A program made the position numbers and the translations under genes. This document shows positions 13,087 to 24,109 of a DNA stretch of 64,000 nt, one piece after another. Position 1 is the stretch's first letter, and each line of letters opens with the position of its first letter. The notes under the pieces were generated by a model. It did not search any database, was not told where the DNA came from, and saw only the letters and a program-made list of their open reading frames with translations. Origin of the DNA: Mobula hypostoma (taxonomy: Eukaryota); assembly GCF_963921235.1 (NCBI RefSeq), contig NC_086097.1, forward strand, positions 138,200,001-138,264,000, given 5' to 3'.

Positions 13087-13820
13087 AGTGTGGGTGTGTG
13101 TATGTGAGTGTATGTGAGTGTGTATGTTTGTGTATGTTTCTGTTTGTGAGTGTGTGTATGTTTGTGTGTGTGAGTGTGTGTGTGTATGTATGCGAGTGAG
13201 TGTGTTCATGTGTGTGTGTGTATGTTTGTGTGTCTATTTGTGTGTGTTTGTGTGTGTGTGTGTGTGTTTGTGAGTGTGTGTGTGTGTGTGTGAGTGTGTG
13301 TGTGTGTATGTGAGTGTGTGTATGTGAGTGTGTGAGTGTGTGTGTGTATGCGAGTGAGTGTGTTCGTGTGTGTGTATGTGTTTGTGTGTCTATTTGTGTG
13401 TGTATGTGAGTGTGTGTGTGTGTGTATGTGAGTGTGTGTGTGTGTGTGTGTATGTGAGTGTGTGTGTGTGTGTGCGTGCGTGCACGCGCGCGAGCGCGTC
13501 ACTCTGGATTTGCAGCATCTGCAGAATCTCTTGTGCTTTTGAGCCTGAAGTCCCACCCCACCAGGTTCAAGAACAACTACCTCCCTTCAACCATTGGATT
13601 CTTGACCCAATGGACACAACACAATGGACATTTGATCACTTTGCACTAAAATGGACTACATTTTTTCAATTGATGGTCCTTCTTGTTAAAATGTGTTAAA
13701 ATGGTTTTCTTGTGACTACTGCTCAGGAGATGCCATGTGCCTGTGATGCTGTTGGAAGTAGGTTTTTGTTTGCACCTGTGCATTAATGAACTGATGCACA
13801 TGACAATCAACTCGACTTTG
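12288..13820 (+). mobile_element. Rex1/Babar-like LINE 3' end interrupted by a PLE tail and (TG)n array
   Basis: 12288-12360 (KATSIIKDLHH-like) resumes at ~13540 (gagcctgaagtcccac...accaggttcaagaac), with a tail like the one at 38070-38400. Confidence 0.7.
12533..13499. repeat. ~1 kb compound (TG)n microsatellite with TA/TT/GA interruptions, ending in a GC-alternating run
   Basis: Direct reading. Flanked by the two halves of a PLE tail. Confidence 0.98.
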
Positions 13821-14789
13821 GCATCATTGAAGTATTTGCCCCATTACTTACCCAGCAATTTGTGTGATCTTGCTGTGTACTGATCTGATGTTGCGAATCC
13901 CACAACCATCTCCACATTTCAGGACTTCTTGGTTAGAGCAGGCTCTGCATGTTTGACGTGTAAACCTTGCTTCTCTCTCCACAGATGCTTCCTGCCTCGC
14001 TGAGTGTTTGCAGCTTTCTCTGTTTTATTTCAGATTTCGGAGCCTGCTCTTCTGTTTTCTTTTCTTTCAAATACTTATTTAAACAGCCAGTTGGAAGATT
14101 GTGAAAGGTTTATTTAAAAATGTGAAGTTCTCTGTCTGTTCTTTAATGGTTTGCCAAGATATATTCACCACGGAGAAATTTACCAAGTGTACTTCAGCTG
14201 ACACATAACGAAAATGTCACAGATTGGCTCTTATTTTCGTATTTCAGTGAGTTGTTTGAAACACAATGGCCAGTCCCTGCATGTGGACAACGGCTGCTGT
14301 TTGTAACTAAGTTATCGACACATTACCAGTGTGTATGATCATTCCCGGCATCGGCCCAGAAAAACAATGCCAGTGGGCCCAGTCCATCCAAATCGTGACA
14401 CGTCTCAATAACCTGCCAGTCTGCTCTGTAACACAGATGCAATTTGAGGAACTATTTCTACAAATCACTGGGTTTCCACTTCAGTCCTTACAACATGAAG
14501 CAGAGTCAGCTTTCCACTTCTGTGCATTAACATCCAACTTCAATCAACCTAATTCCTCTCAACTTGGAGACAATATTCAGTCTCTTCAGCAGCAATAATG
14601 TTTCAGCAGAACATACTGAGTGTTGAACCCGAAGCCTTCAATAAGAGGAAATAACGACGCCAAGGAACCTGACATTATTAATTTGTTAAACTATTCCCGC
14701 AAAGCTATATTAAAACATTTAAGAAACATTTTGGTTGGCCGATTATTGTTTTCTCTGCCCAATAGCTGCATTTGTATAGCACCTTGATA

Positions 14790-15145
14790 ATAACGAATAT
14801 TGAAATGTCTGGATAAAGTGGATGTGGGGAGGATGTTTCCTATAGTGGGAAAGGCTAGGACCAAAGGGCACAGCCTCAGAATTGAGGGATGTCCATTTAG
14901 AACAGCAGTGTGCAATTTTTTCTGTAGCTAGAGGCGGGTGAATCTGTGGAATTCATTGCCATAGAGGGCAGTTCACAAGACATTGGGTATATTTAAGGAG
15001 GAGGTTAATAGGGGTGTCAATGGTTATGGGGAGAAGACCGAAGAGTCGGGTTGAGACGGATAATGACTCAGCCATGATGGAATGGCGGAGCAGACTCGAT
15101 GGGTCGAGTGGCCTAATTCTGCTCCTGTTTCTTATTGTCTCATAA
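14790..15145 (+). mobile_element. CR1 3' fragment
   Basis: Aligns by eye to 35745-36110 (ggatgtttcc...gggcacagcctcagaat...aatctgtggaattc...ggcctaattctgctcct). Confidence 0.85.
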
Positions 15146-15459
15146 CAAGGTGTCCCGGGGCGATGGATAACTGCACTCAGTCAGCGAAAGGGCCTCAGGT
15201 TGGGAAGGGCCAGAACGGGCAGCTTGAAAATGCAGAGTTGGAAAGCAGAATGGTAGTATGGAATTTAGTAGCCATAGGGCCTAACTAGTACTAAAGTTTA
15301 CTAGCCTTATTGTTAACTTGTGCTATGGTTTACCAGCACCAAGTTTTTACCACCGCTAGAGTTTACCAGCACCATGTTTCATGATGTTGCCATGTGAGAG
15401 AAACAGCAACAAATGAACCCACCCTGTCACAAGAGGCTGAGATCCAAGCTCAGTCTTCA

Positions 15460-15890
15460 GAGTTGGAATCAGGTTTAATCTCACTGGCCTATGTCATGAA
15501 ATCTGTTGTTTTGCGGCATGTACCCTAAATGACAAGAAGGGCCAAAAGAGACCAAGAATAGCGAGATGGCCCATTCAGAAATCTGATGGTGCAGGGGAAG
15601 AAGTTGCTCCTAACCCACTGAGTGCGTGTCTTCGGGCTCCTGTATCTCCTCCCAGAAGGTAGTACTGAGAAGAGGGCGTGTACTGGGTGGTGGGAATCAA
15701 GAATGGACGCGGACTCGTTGAGGCACCGCCCTTTGAGGACGGCCTCGGTGGAGGGGAGATGTACCCGTGCTGGAGCTGCCCGAGCCGAGTCTAGAACCCT
15801 CTCCAGCTTTTTCGGATCCAGTGCAGTGGCCCCTCCACACCAGACAGTGATGCAACCAGTTAGAATGCTCTCCACGGTACATCTATAGAG
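15460..15890 (-). mobile_element. Rex1/Babar-like LINE 3' end
   Basis: ORF 15525-16001 contains [16 protein letters not shown]...KKLERV...HPVHALFSVLPSGRRYRS. gaatcaggtttaat tail at ~15466. Confidence 0.85.
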
Positions 15891-16499
15891 AGTTACCACA
15901 CCGTCTGCCGCCCTCTGTTGCCTGCACCTATCTCCTGCCAGCCTCCGTCTCCATCTGTCTGTTGTTGGTGCCGGGACCGGGAGAACTTCAGCAGAAAACA
16001 ACGGGCACCTGACTGTTGGTGCAACAAACCCCAGGAATGTAGAAACGTGGTCTATCCCCCAGTCTCCTGCGCTGTTCTCTCTCTGTCTTTAAGAAACATT
16101 ATTACCATCAGCTTTGCGGGCCATACATTTCAGAGCGCCGCTGTGCGCCCGATCACTTTTCATCCCTTCCCTGTGGTTTCTGGGCCAAATGGAAGTGATC
16201 GATGTACCAGAGCCAGCTTGCTGTGGCACCATTCCCCAACGACGCCGTCTAACTGCTGCCGGGGCGCCATTACGTTGAGGTTGGTCGGCAGCGCACGGGG
16301 GCAGGGTGCTCGCAGGAAAACACGTGCACCTGGTTACCCGGCTGTTAATCCGATCTCTTGTGGCCCGAGATTGCTTCTTTCAAAGTTTGATGCGCTTAGA
16401 AAACTTGTGTTTTTCAGGGGAGTGGTTTTTCGCTGGAAACTTCCGACAAGCATCAGGCACCCACCGCACCCGTCGCGGGCAGCCTCGCCCATTAGGCAG

Positions 16500-16785
16500 C
16501 GAGGTCGAGCAGGACTGACACAAGGCTGTGCAGCTGTAATTCCCGCCTGTCTGTAAGGAGTGTGAACGTCCTCCCCGCCCCGTCACCGCGAGGCTTTGCT
16601 CCCACATTCCAAAGACGTGCGAGTTCGGGTTAGGTCGTGGCCGTGTTATGTTGACGCCAGAAGCGTGTCGGCACTTGCGGGTTGCCCCCAGCACATCCCC
16701 GGACTGTGCTGGCTGTTGACGACTTTGCGTTATTTCACGCAGTTCAGTCGGTTTCGATGTACGTGCGATCCTTATCTTTAATCTT
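16500..16785 (+). mobile_element. V-SINE-like (HE1-type) SINE
   Basis: ctgtctgtaaggagtgtgaacgtcctcccc...ctcccacattccaaagacgtgc is a V-domain-like core. Confidence 0.7.
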
Positions 16786-17009
16786 TATCGGGCAGGAGAT
16801 ACGAAAAGCCTGAAAGGACGTCCCGCCAGGCTCAAACCAGCTTCTGCCCCACTGTTATCAGACTCCTTAATGGTCCCCTTGTGGATTCGACCTCACAATC
16901 TTCCTCGTTATGATCTTGCATTTAAATGTTTGCCTGCGCCGAGCTTTTTTTCGGTTGCTCTTAAACTTTATCCTGCATTGTTATTGTTTTATATTATTCT
17001 CCTCAGTGC

Positions 17010-17872
17010 ACTCTTCCGCAGGGATCGCTCCCTACACGACTCCCTAGTCTAATTGTCCCTCCCCTCTGATCTCTCTCCTGGCACTTTTCCTGGCAAGCGG
17101 ACAAGTGCTACACCTGCCCCTACACCTCCTCCCTCACCACCATTCAGGTCCCCAAACAGTCCTCCCAGGTGACGCGACCTGTGAGTGTTGGGATCATTTA
17201 CCGTGTCCAGTGCTCGCGGTGTGGCCTCCTGTATATCGGTGAGACCCGACGTAGGTTGGGAGTACCACCTCGCCCGCCAGAACAAGCTGGATCTCCCAGT
17301 GGCCACCCATTTTAATTCCAGTTCCCATTCCCATTCGGATATGTCCATCCACGGCCTCCTCCGTTGTCGTGATGAAGCCACACTCAGGTCGGAGGAACAA
17401 CGTTTTATATTCCTCTTGGGTAGCCTCTAACCTGATGGTATGAACATCGATTTCTCAAACTTCCGGTAATAGCCCTCCCTCCCTCCCTCCCTCCCTCCCT
17501 CTTCACTATTTCCCAGTCTCTTTTCCCTTTCTCAGCTTATCTCCTTGACCGCTCATCGCCTCCCTCTGGTGCTCTCTCACCCCCCCCCCCACACACACAC
17601 ACACCCTTTTTCTTTCTTCCATGGCCTTCTGTCTCTTTCACTAATCAACTTCCTAGCTCTTTACTTCATCCCCCCGCTCCAAGTTTCACCTAAGCCTTCC
17701 CCCACCTTTTAAATCTATTCCTCGGCTTTTTTTCTCCAGTCCTGCCGACGGGGTTCGGCCCGAAACGTCGACTGTACTTTTTTCCAAAGATGCTGCCTGG
17801 TCTGCCGAGTTCCTCCAGCATTTTGTGTTTGTTGCTTGGATTTCCAGCATCTGCAGATGTTCTCTTGTTTGT
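17010..17872 (+). mobile_element. 5'-truncated Penelope-like element, frameshifted
   Basis: FRRDRSLHDSLV, then GIIYRVQCSRCGLLYIGETRRRL (~17190-17258, GIY-YIG), then VATHFNS...LGSL. Pyrimidine-rich 3' UTR, hammerhead and conserved tail follow. Confidence 0.92.
17737..17774 (+). ncRNA. Minimal type-I hammerhead ribozyme motif (best preserved copy; A6C core variant)
   Basis: Stem I CAGUC/GACUG, core CUGCCGA, stem II GGG/CCC, GAA, palindromic ACGU in place of stem III. Predicted cleavage after C17769. Confidence 0.75.
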
Positions 17873-18389
17873 AAACTGTGTACAAGAAATGGTTTTCATC
17901 GTATCTTGGTGCACTTGACAATAATAAACCAACATCTATACCAATACTGAAGGAACATCGAGTTCTGAACGGCGTCCCACTGTCGGGTTCCAGTGGAAAT
18001 TGGCAATGGGCTCCCTGCTCCAGATGGAATGACAGGATAAAGGCTTTCCACTGGGGGGCGGGGTTAAGAAAGGTCCCTAAAGTTCAGGGCCAAGTATGGC
18101 TTGCAATGGAAGGACGAGCACTTACTGTCCATCCCGAGGAACCCTTTGTGTGCGGGTCCCCAGGCCCTGCATTGTGTGTGCCTGGGGGCTGCACTTGGGA
18201 CACGGCAGTTGGCTTCTGAACTTCTGTCGCTGGTCAATCCAGGAGCATTGAAGTATCCCATTCCTATTCCAGGAACATAGAATGAACACCCCATTTTCTG
18301 TAGTTTTCATAAATTCCTGTTAAAAGCAATACAATTTCCCTGTCGGGGTAGGAGACCAGATGTGAGGGAAACGGGGCTGACGGAAATCC

Positions 18390-18690
18390 TCATGAGGGAG
18401 CGTGCAGTGCTGAGGGTTTGCCGCACTGTGCAGTAATGAGGGATCGTCATAGCAGCAGGGCCATTGCTGTACCGCCGTGAGATGGGCGATGCTGAGGGAG
18501 CGCCGTACTGGCGGGGGTAACATTGACGCAGAGCCGTTCTGGAACAGGACTGAGGGGCTGTGCTGCGAGAGCGTCCTTCTACTGAAGGGGCCATGGTAGG
18601 AGCGGCAGGGTTGAGGGGGCACCACAGTACTGAGGGAGTGCCACATCGCGAGAGCGGTGGTTCTGAGGGAGCGCCGCATTGAACCCTAGA
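18390..18690 (+). repeat. Decayed GC-rich minisatellite of the motif CAGT(A/G)CTGAGGGAG(C/T)GCCGCA
   Basis: About 8 recurrences of (t/c)tgaggg with shared flanks (18405, 18432, 18490, 18549, 18580, 18611, 18625, 18662). Confidence 0.6.
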
Positions 18691-19914
18691 GTAGGCCAGG
18701 TTTGGGGCAGTTTGATGTGACGAGACCGCCCTCTCCTCGTTCCCACGGAGTGTTCGACGACCACGATCGCCCCCCCCCCCCCGATCACGGGCCGATTCCT
18801 CCCTCGGCGCGGGAGAGGTGCAATCTCTTTGTTTCTCTCCCCAGCTGCTCCTCATTGTCGCGTCCAGCAACTTAATTGTATTTTGATTTGGTGTAGAAGT
18901 GTGTTGTCTCCTCCGCCGAACAGTGAAGCATAACTCACGCTTCCTTCCCGAGCTCCAGCAGGTGTTACACATTCCAGGCGGGCAGATACACGTTATTACT
19001 TTTAAATTCTTTGCTCTAACTGGCGTTTGAAACCATCTCATTGTCTGGGTGCCGAGGAGAAACATCTGGTTTGACTCCGGACGCGCTGTCTGCGAGGTCA
19101 TCGAGAACGAATTGTGGGTTGCAAGCGAACAGAAAACGCTACAAAAACGTTGGGAGCATGAAAAATGTTGACAGCTTCATTCATTTCTGTTAACTTAATG
19201 CGACGAAAACTCTCTGGCAGCTAATACAGAAATCCACTCGGCATCTCTCAGCACGGGCAAAGTTTAGAGACGGGGATTCTGGGGGAACGCTGACCGCCCT
19301 TCAGATGGCCACTTGGGTTCTAGAAAGTTCCGTTTTATGTCTAGCACGGAGTTTACCCCAAAGTGGAAGTTGGTGACAATGGTGGAGACGCTTCATTGGT
19401 GATAGGGGCACTGATGGTGCGCTCTTTCATTGATTCTATTATAGTTATTGGATGAGAAATCGAATCTCAGGGTTGTATCTGGTGACAATTTGATAATAAA
19501 TTCATTTTGAATTTTGAACTCTCTCACTCCAGCCCTGATCCTGCAGATAAATGCAATGGGAGTCAAGTGCTCATCTCACCCGCTCTCCCCAGTGCTAAAT
19601 TAGGGCAGGGGCGAGCCAGGATTTGCACACTAATCTAGCTGCTACTCTTTGTGTTAATGCTCCAACACCACCCCCCACAACCACTATCCTTCCAAAGCCC
19701 ATCTCCTGGTCCTTCTATTCTCACCAACCTAAAGGTTCCTTCTCGTCCTCTCCAGTTCCAGATGTGCTGGTTGAGATCCAGCATTCTGCCTCCTTTTGCA
19801 GCAGTGCCTCCCAAACCCCTGCACCTTCACTCTCCCCCCTACCCTTCCCATGCTCCAGATTCCCTGTGCTCCCTCAGCTCTTAGAACACAGTATGGATTT
19901 GCACTGGGGCCTCG

Positions 19915-20540
19915 AGACCTAGATGAAAATACAGATGGGTGGGTTAGTAAGTTTGCAGATTGGTGGTGTTGAGGAAGTGTAGAAGATTGGTAAAGGATAC
20001 AGTAGAATATGGGACAGTCAGATATGGGCATTAAGATGGCAAATGCAGTTTAATCCACCCAAATGTGAGGTGTTGCTCTTCAGGAGATCAAATGTAAAGA
20101 GACAGTTCAGAGTTACCGGCAGGACTTTTAACAGTGTTAATCTTGGGGTCCAAATCCTTAACTCCCTGCAAGTGCAGCAAAGTTTGATAGGGTGATAGTC
20201 AAGGTACTGAGTTGGGGAATTATGATGCAGCTTTATAAAACTCTAGTTAGGCTGCATTTGGAATAACAGCATTAAATTTTGTTCACCCCTTAACAGGAAG
20301 GATGTGGAGAGAGTGCAGAAGAGGTTTCCCAGGCTACTGCCTGGATTACAGGGCAAGTGATTGAAGGAGAAGTTAGACAAACTTGAGTTGTTTTCTCTAG
20401 GGTAGCAAAGACTGAGGAGAGATTTGATTTATAACTATAAGATTATGAAAGGCATGGATAGATAAGCAGTATCTTTTTCTCAGGATCAGAGGACATTTGT
20501 TTAAGGTGATAAGGAATAAGTTAATAGGAGGTCTGTGGGG
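19915..20540 (+). mobile_element. Old CR1 RT 3' half
   Basis: agtaagtttgcagat (SKFAD), tggcaaatgcagtttaatcc (WQMQFNP), ctttataaaactctagttagg (LYKTLVR). Confidence 0.85.
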
Positions 20541-20593
20541 TCTCACCTTGCATGCCACACCACCACTATAACCCTATTGTCCCCTAATGTACA

Positions 20594-22070
20594 TAGAACA
20601 TAGAATAGTACAGCACAGTACAGGCCCTTCGGCCCACAATGTTGTGCCGACCCTCAAACCCTGCCTCCCATATAACCCCTCACTTTAAATTCCTCCATAT
20701 ACTTGTCTAGTAGTCTCTTAAACTTCACTAGTGTATCTGCCTCCACCACTGACTCGGGCAGTGCATTCCACACACCAACCACTCTCTGAGTAAAAAACCT
20801 TACTCTAATATCCCCTTTGCACTTCCACCCCCTTACCTCAAAGCCATGTCCTCTTGTATTGAGCAGTGGTGCCCTGGGGAAAAGGTGCTGGCTATCCACT
20901 CTATCTATTCCTCTTATTATCTTGTACACCTCCATCATGTCTCCTCTCATCTTCCTTCTCTCCAAAGAGTAAAGCCCTAGCTCCCTTAATCTCTGATCAT
21001 AATGCATACTCTCTAAACCAGGCAGCATCCTGGTAAATCTCCTCTGTACCCTTTCCAATGCTTCTACATCCTTCCAATAGTGAGGTGACCAGAACTGGAC
21101 ACAGTACTCCAAGTGTGGCCTAACCAGAGTTTTATAGAGCTGCATCATTACATCGCGACTCTTAAACTCTATCCCTCGACTTATGAAAGCTAACACCCCA
21201 TAAGCTTTCTTAACTACCCTATCCACCTGTGAGGCAACTTTCAGGGATCTGTGAACATGTACCCCCAGATCCCTCTGCTCCTCCACACTACTAAGTATCC
21301 TGCCATTTACTTTGTACTCTGCCTTGGAGTTTGTCCTTCCAAAGTGTACCATCTCACACTTCTCCGGGTTGAACTCCATCTGCCACTTCTCAGCCCACTT
21401 CTGCATCCTATCAATGTCTCTCTGCAATCTTCGACAATCCTCTACACTATCCACAACACCACCAACCTTTGTGTCGTCTGCAAACTTGCCAACCCACCCT
21501 TCTACCCCCACATCCAGGTCGTTAATAAAAATCACGAAAAGTAGAGGTCCCAGAACAGATCCTTGTGGGACACCACTGGTCATAATCCTCCAATCTGAAT
21601 GTACTCCTTCCACCATGACCTTCTGCCTTCTGCAGGCAAGCCAATTCTGAATCCACCTGGCCAAACTTCCCTGGGTCCCATCCATGCCTTCTGACTTTCT
21701 GAATAAACCTACCATGTGGAACCTTGTCAAATGCCTTACTAAAATCCATATAGATCACATCCACTGCACTACGTCACCTCCTCAAAGAACTCTATCAGGC
21801 TTGTTAGACACGATCTGTCCTTCACAAAGCCATGCTGACTGTCCCTGATCAGACCATGATTCTCTAAATGCCCATAGATCCTATCTCTAAGAATCTTTTC
21901 CAACAGCTTTCCTACCACAGACGTAAGGCTCACTGGTCTGTAATTACCCGGACTATCCCTACTACCTTTTTTGAACAAGGGGACAACATTCCCCTCCCTT
22001 CAATCCTCCGGTACCATTCCCGTGGACAACGAGGACATAAAGATCCTAGCCAGAGGCTTAGCAATCTCTG
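20594..22070 (-). mobile_element. Young 5'-truncated CR1 LINE (RT domain), inactivated
   Basis: ORFs 20654-21730, 21522-21764 and 21769-21978 carry NYRPVSLTS, SQHGF, DFSKAFD, GVPQGSVLGP and FADD. Short deletion at ~21772 and frameshift at ~21680 relative to the 50-54 kb copy. GTACA TSD at 20589-20593 and 22071-22075. Confidence 0.97.
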
Positions 22071-22279
22071 GTACAGGACCAAGAGAACTCAGCATCACCT
22101 ACAGGGGCCAAAGCACCACCCCTAGAGACCGTCAGAATGTTCACACAGATGGTGGACATTTGCTCGTCCTCCATGGGTGGATTCTTTGAAAGAATTTCCA
22201 GATGTCTCCCACTCATGCAGACTTGTATCTTTCTTCTTTCAAGGCTTTACCCTTGAGGATGTGGGAAGAGCTGACAGAA

Positions 22280-22615
22280 GCAAATATAAGGGTGAGAGAC
22301 ATTGGGTAAACAGTCAGAGCCTTTCTCCCGGATTGGAAATGTCAAATTTTAGATGGGCATACATTTAAGGTGAAAGAGGGGAGGTCTAAAGAAGAGGTAT
22401 GGGGCATGTTTTTTTTTACACGGAGAATGGTGAGGGCCCGGACCACACTGTCAGGAAATAGTGGAAGCAGATGTGACAGCAATGTTTAGGAGCTGTTTTC
22501 ACTGACATGAATGGACACAGAGTAGCGGGATATAGATAAGTGGGCATCATAGATGGCACAGTTATCATGGGCCAAAGATCCACGTTTCTCTGCAGTTTGA
22601 TTTGATGTTCTATGT
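22280..22615 (+). mobile_element. Old CR1 3' end
   Basis: gggcatacatttaaggtga...tttttttacacggagaatggtg...tgttctatgt tail. Confidence 0.75.
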
Positions 22616-23062
22616 CCATTTAACTACAGCCTCACACTCCTTTCCCCCCACCTTCTCAGTTCTACTAAGGACAGACTCTTCACAAGGTGTAAGGGTGTCT
22701 CTAAGAGGACTGTCATTTTTGTTCCTAGCAAGCCACTGCAATGATCAGAACTATTGCCTCTGGCCCATCGTTCACCCCATTCACTAAGCACCACCCCGGT
22801 GTGAGGCAAGTTACACAGACCATGGATCCTTCTGATCCTGAACCTTTCCAGTCCCCCCATTCCCTGTCCATGACCCCACATCATTTCCAGCACTCCCCAG
22901 AACACCCAGCAGGGGTTGTGTGATTGAAATGATAGAGGAAACTGTTTCCTCTGGTAGTGTCCACAGGAGACACTGTCAATGTGGAACCAATAGGGTTCTA
23001 CACGCATTGGGAATTTGGGGATCTTGAAGCAAGGTAATGAATTTTGGGTCAGAGGGTTCATT

Positions 23063-23330
23063 TTAGTTATACAGCACGTTAACAAGCCCCTCAGCACATC
23101 TCACCTAGTTATATAGCACAGTAACAAGCCTCTCAGCACATCTCATCTAGTTATACAGCACGTTAACAAGCCCCTCAGCACGTTAACAAGCCCCTCAGCA
23201 CATCTCATCTAGTTATACAGCACAGTAATAAGCCTCTCAACACATCTCATCTAGTTATACAGCACAGTAACAAGTCCCTCAGCACATCTCACCTAGTTAC
23301 AGCACAGAAACGAGCCCCTCAGCACATCTC
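23063..23330. repeat. 42-bp minisatellite, 6 copies (one with an internal 20-bp duplication)
   Basis: CTAGTTATACAGCACAGTAACAAGCCCCTCAGCACATCTCAT starting at 23063, 23105, 23147, 23209, 23251 and 23293. Confidence 0.93.
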
Positions 23331-23740
23331 GTCCATATGCTGACCAAAATGGTGAGCTGAGTTGGTTCATTTGCATGCTTGTTTTTAGCCCATATCCCTC
23401 TAACCTTTCTCACCCAAACACCAGCCTCAAACTCCTTTAAATGTTGTAATTGTACCCACCTCTGTTGCTTCCTCTGAAAGCTCGTTCCATATACACACCA
23501 CCCCGTGTGTGAAAAACTTGCCCCTCAAGGTCCTTTTAAATTTTTCCCCCCTTACCTTTCACCTCTGACCTCAAGTTTTAGACTTCTCTACCCTGAGGAA
23601 ATAAGACAGCACCCATCCAGTCTACCTATCGATGCCCCTCATGATTATAAACCTCTACAAGGTTATCCCTCAGCCTCCTACACTCCAGGGGAAAAAAGAC
23701 CCAGGTCTCTATAACTCAAGCCCTCCAATCCTTGTGAAAG
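23295..23740 (-). mobile_element. Old CR1 3' end
   Basis: cccatatccctctaacc...ttttaaatgttgtaattgtacc...gtgtgaaaaacttgcccctc...atgattataaacctcta. Confidence 0.8.
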
Positions 23741-24109
23741 GATGTTCAGTTTGGGTGTGAGTATTGAGGAATATGGAGAAAAACTGGGTCCAGTTGAGTT
23801 TGGGTCAGGTAATCCCAGGATGCTTCAACATCCGTGACTTGGGATTGCAATCTTGAACTGCTCGGGCCCAGCCTTCAATAATCTTTCCAAAAATCAGGGG
23901 GATCTGGAGGGGTGGGGAGTGGGGTTGGTGGTGGTGGGAAATGGAGCTTTTTCTGAACAGTTGCCCAAGTCCCTCATTTATAATGATTCTTTTTGTCTGT
24001 TAATACAGCATTTACATCATGATAAGAGTGCATCTGTCCTTTACTCCTAAACCATCAGCCAGGCAGCCGCACTGGGAGGGAAAAAAGAGAGAGTTCTGAG
24101 AAGGAGAGA

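Larger units (their letters stand above)
15690..19350. promoter_or_regulatory. CpG-rich (CpG-island-like) domain, candidate promoter/enhancer
   Basis: Visibly dense CpG in both unique and TE-derived sequence compared with the rest of the window. GC box GGGGCGGGG at ~18055-18063. Not quantified. Confidence 0.6.

Noticed and set aside
12321..13699. His-Thr and Cys-Val repeat proteins
   Set aside because: Reading frames of the (TG)n microsatellite.
15918..16556. 212-aa ORF in the CpG-rich domain
   Set aside because: No recognisable domain, non-ATG start, and long frames are expected in GC-rich DNA.
18307..19101. 264-aa minus-strand ORF
   Set aside because: Half lies in a decayed GC-rich minisatellite and there is no recognisable domain. 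It cannot be fully excluded without expression data.
20654..21730. 358-aa RT ORF as an active or domesticated gene
   Set aside because: 5'-truncated CR1 with an upstream frameshift and deletion, nearly identical to the other decayed copy.
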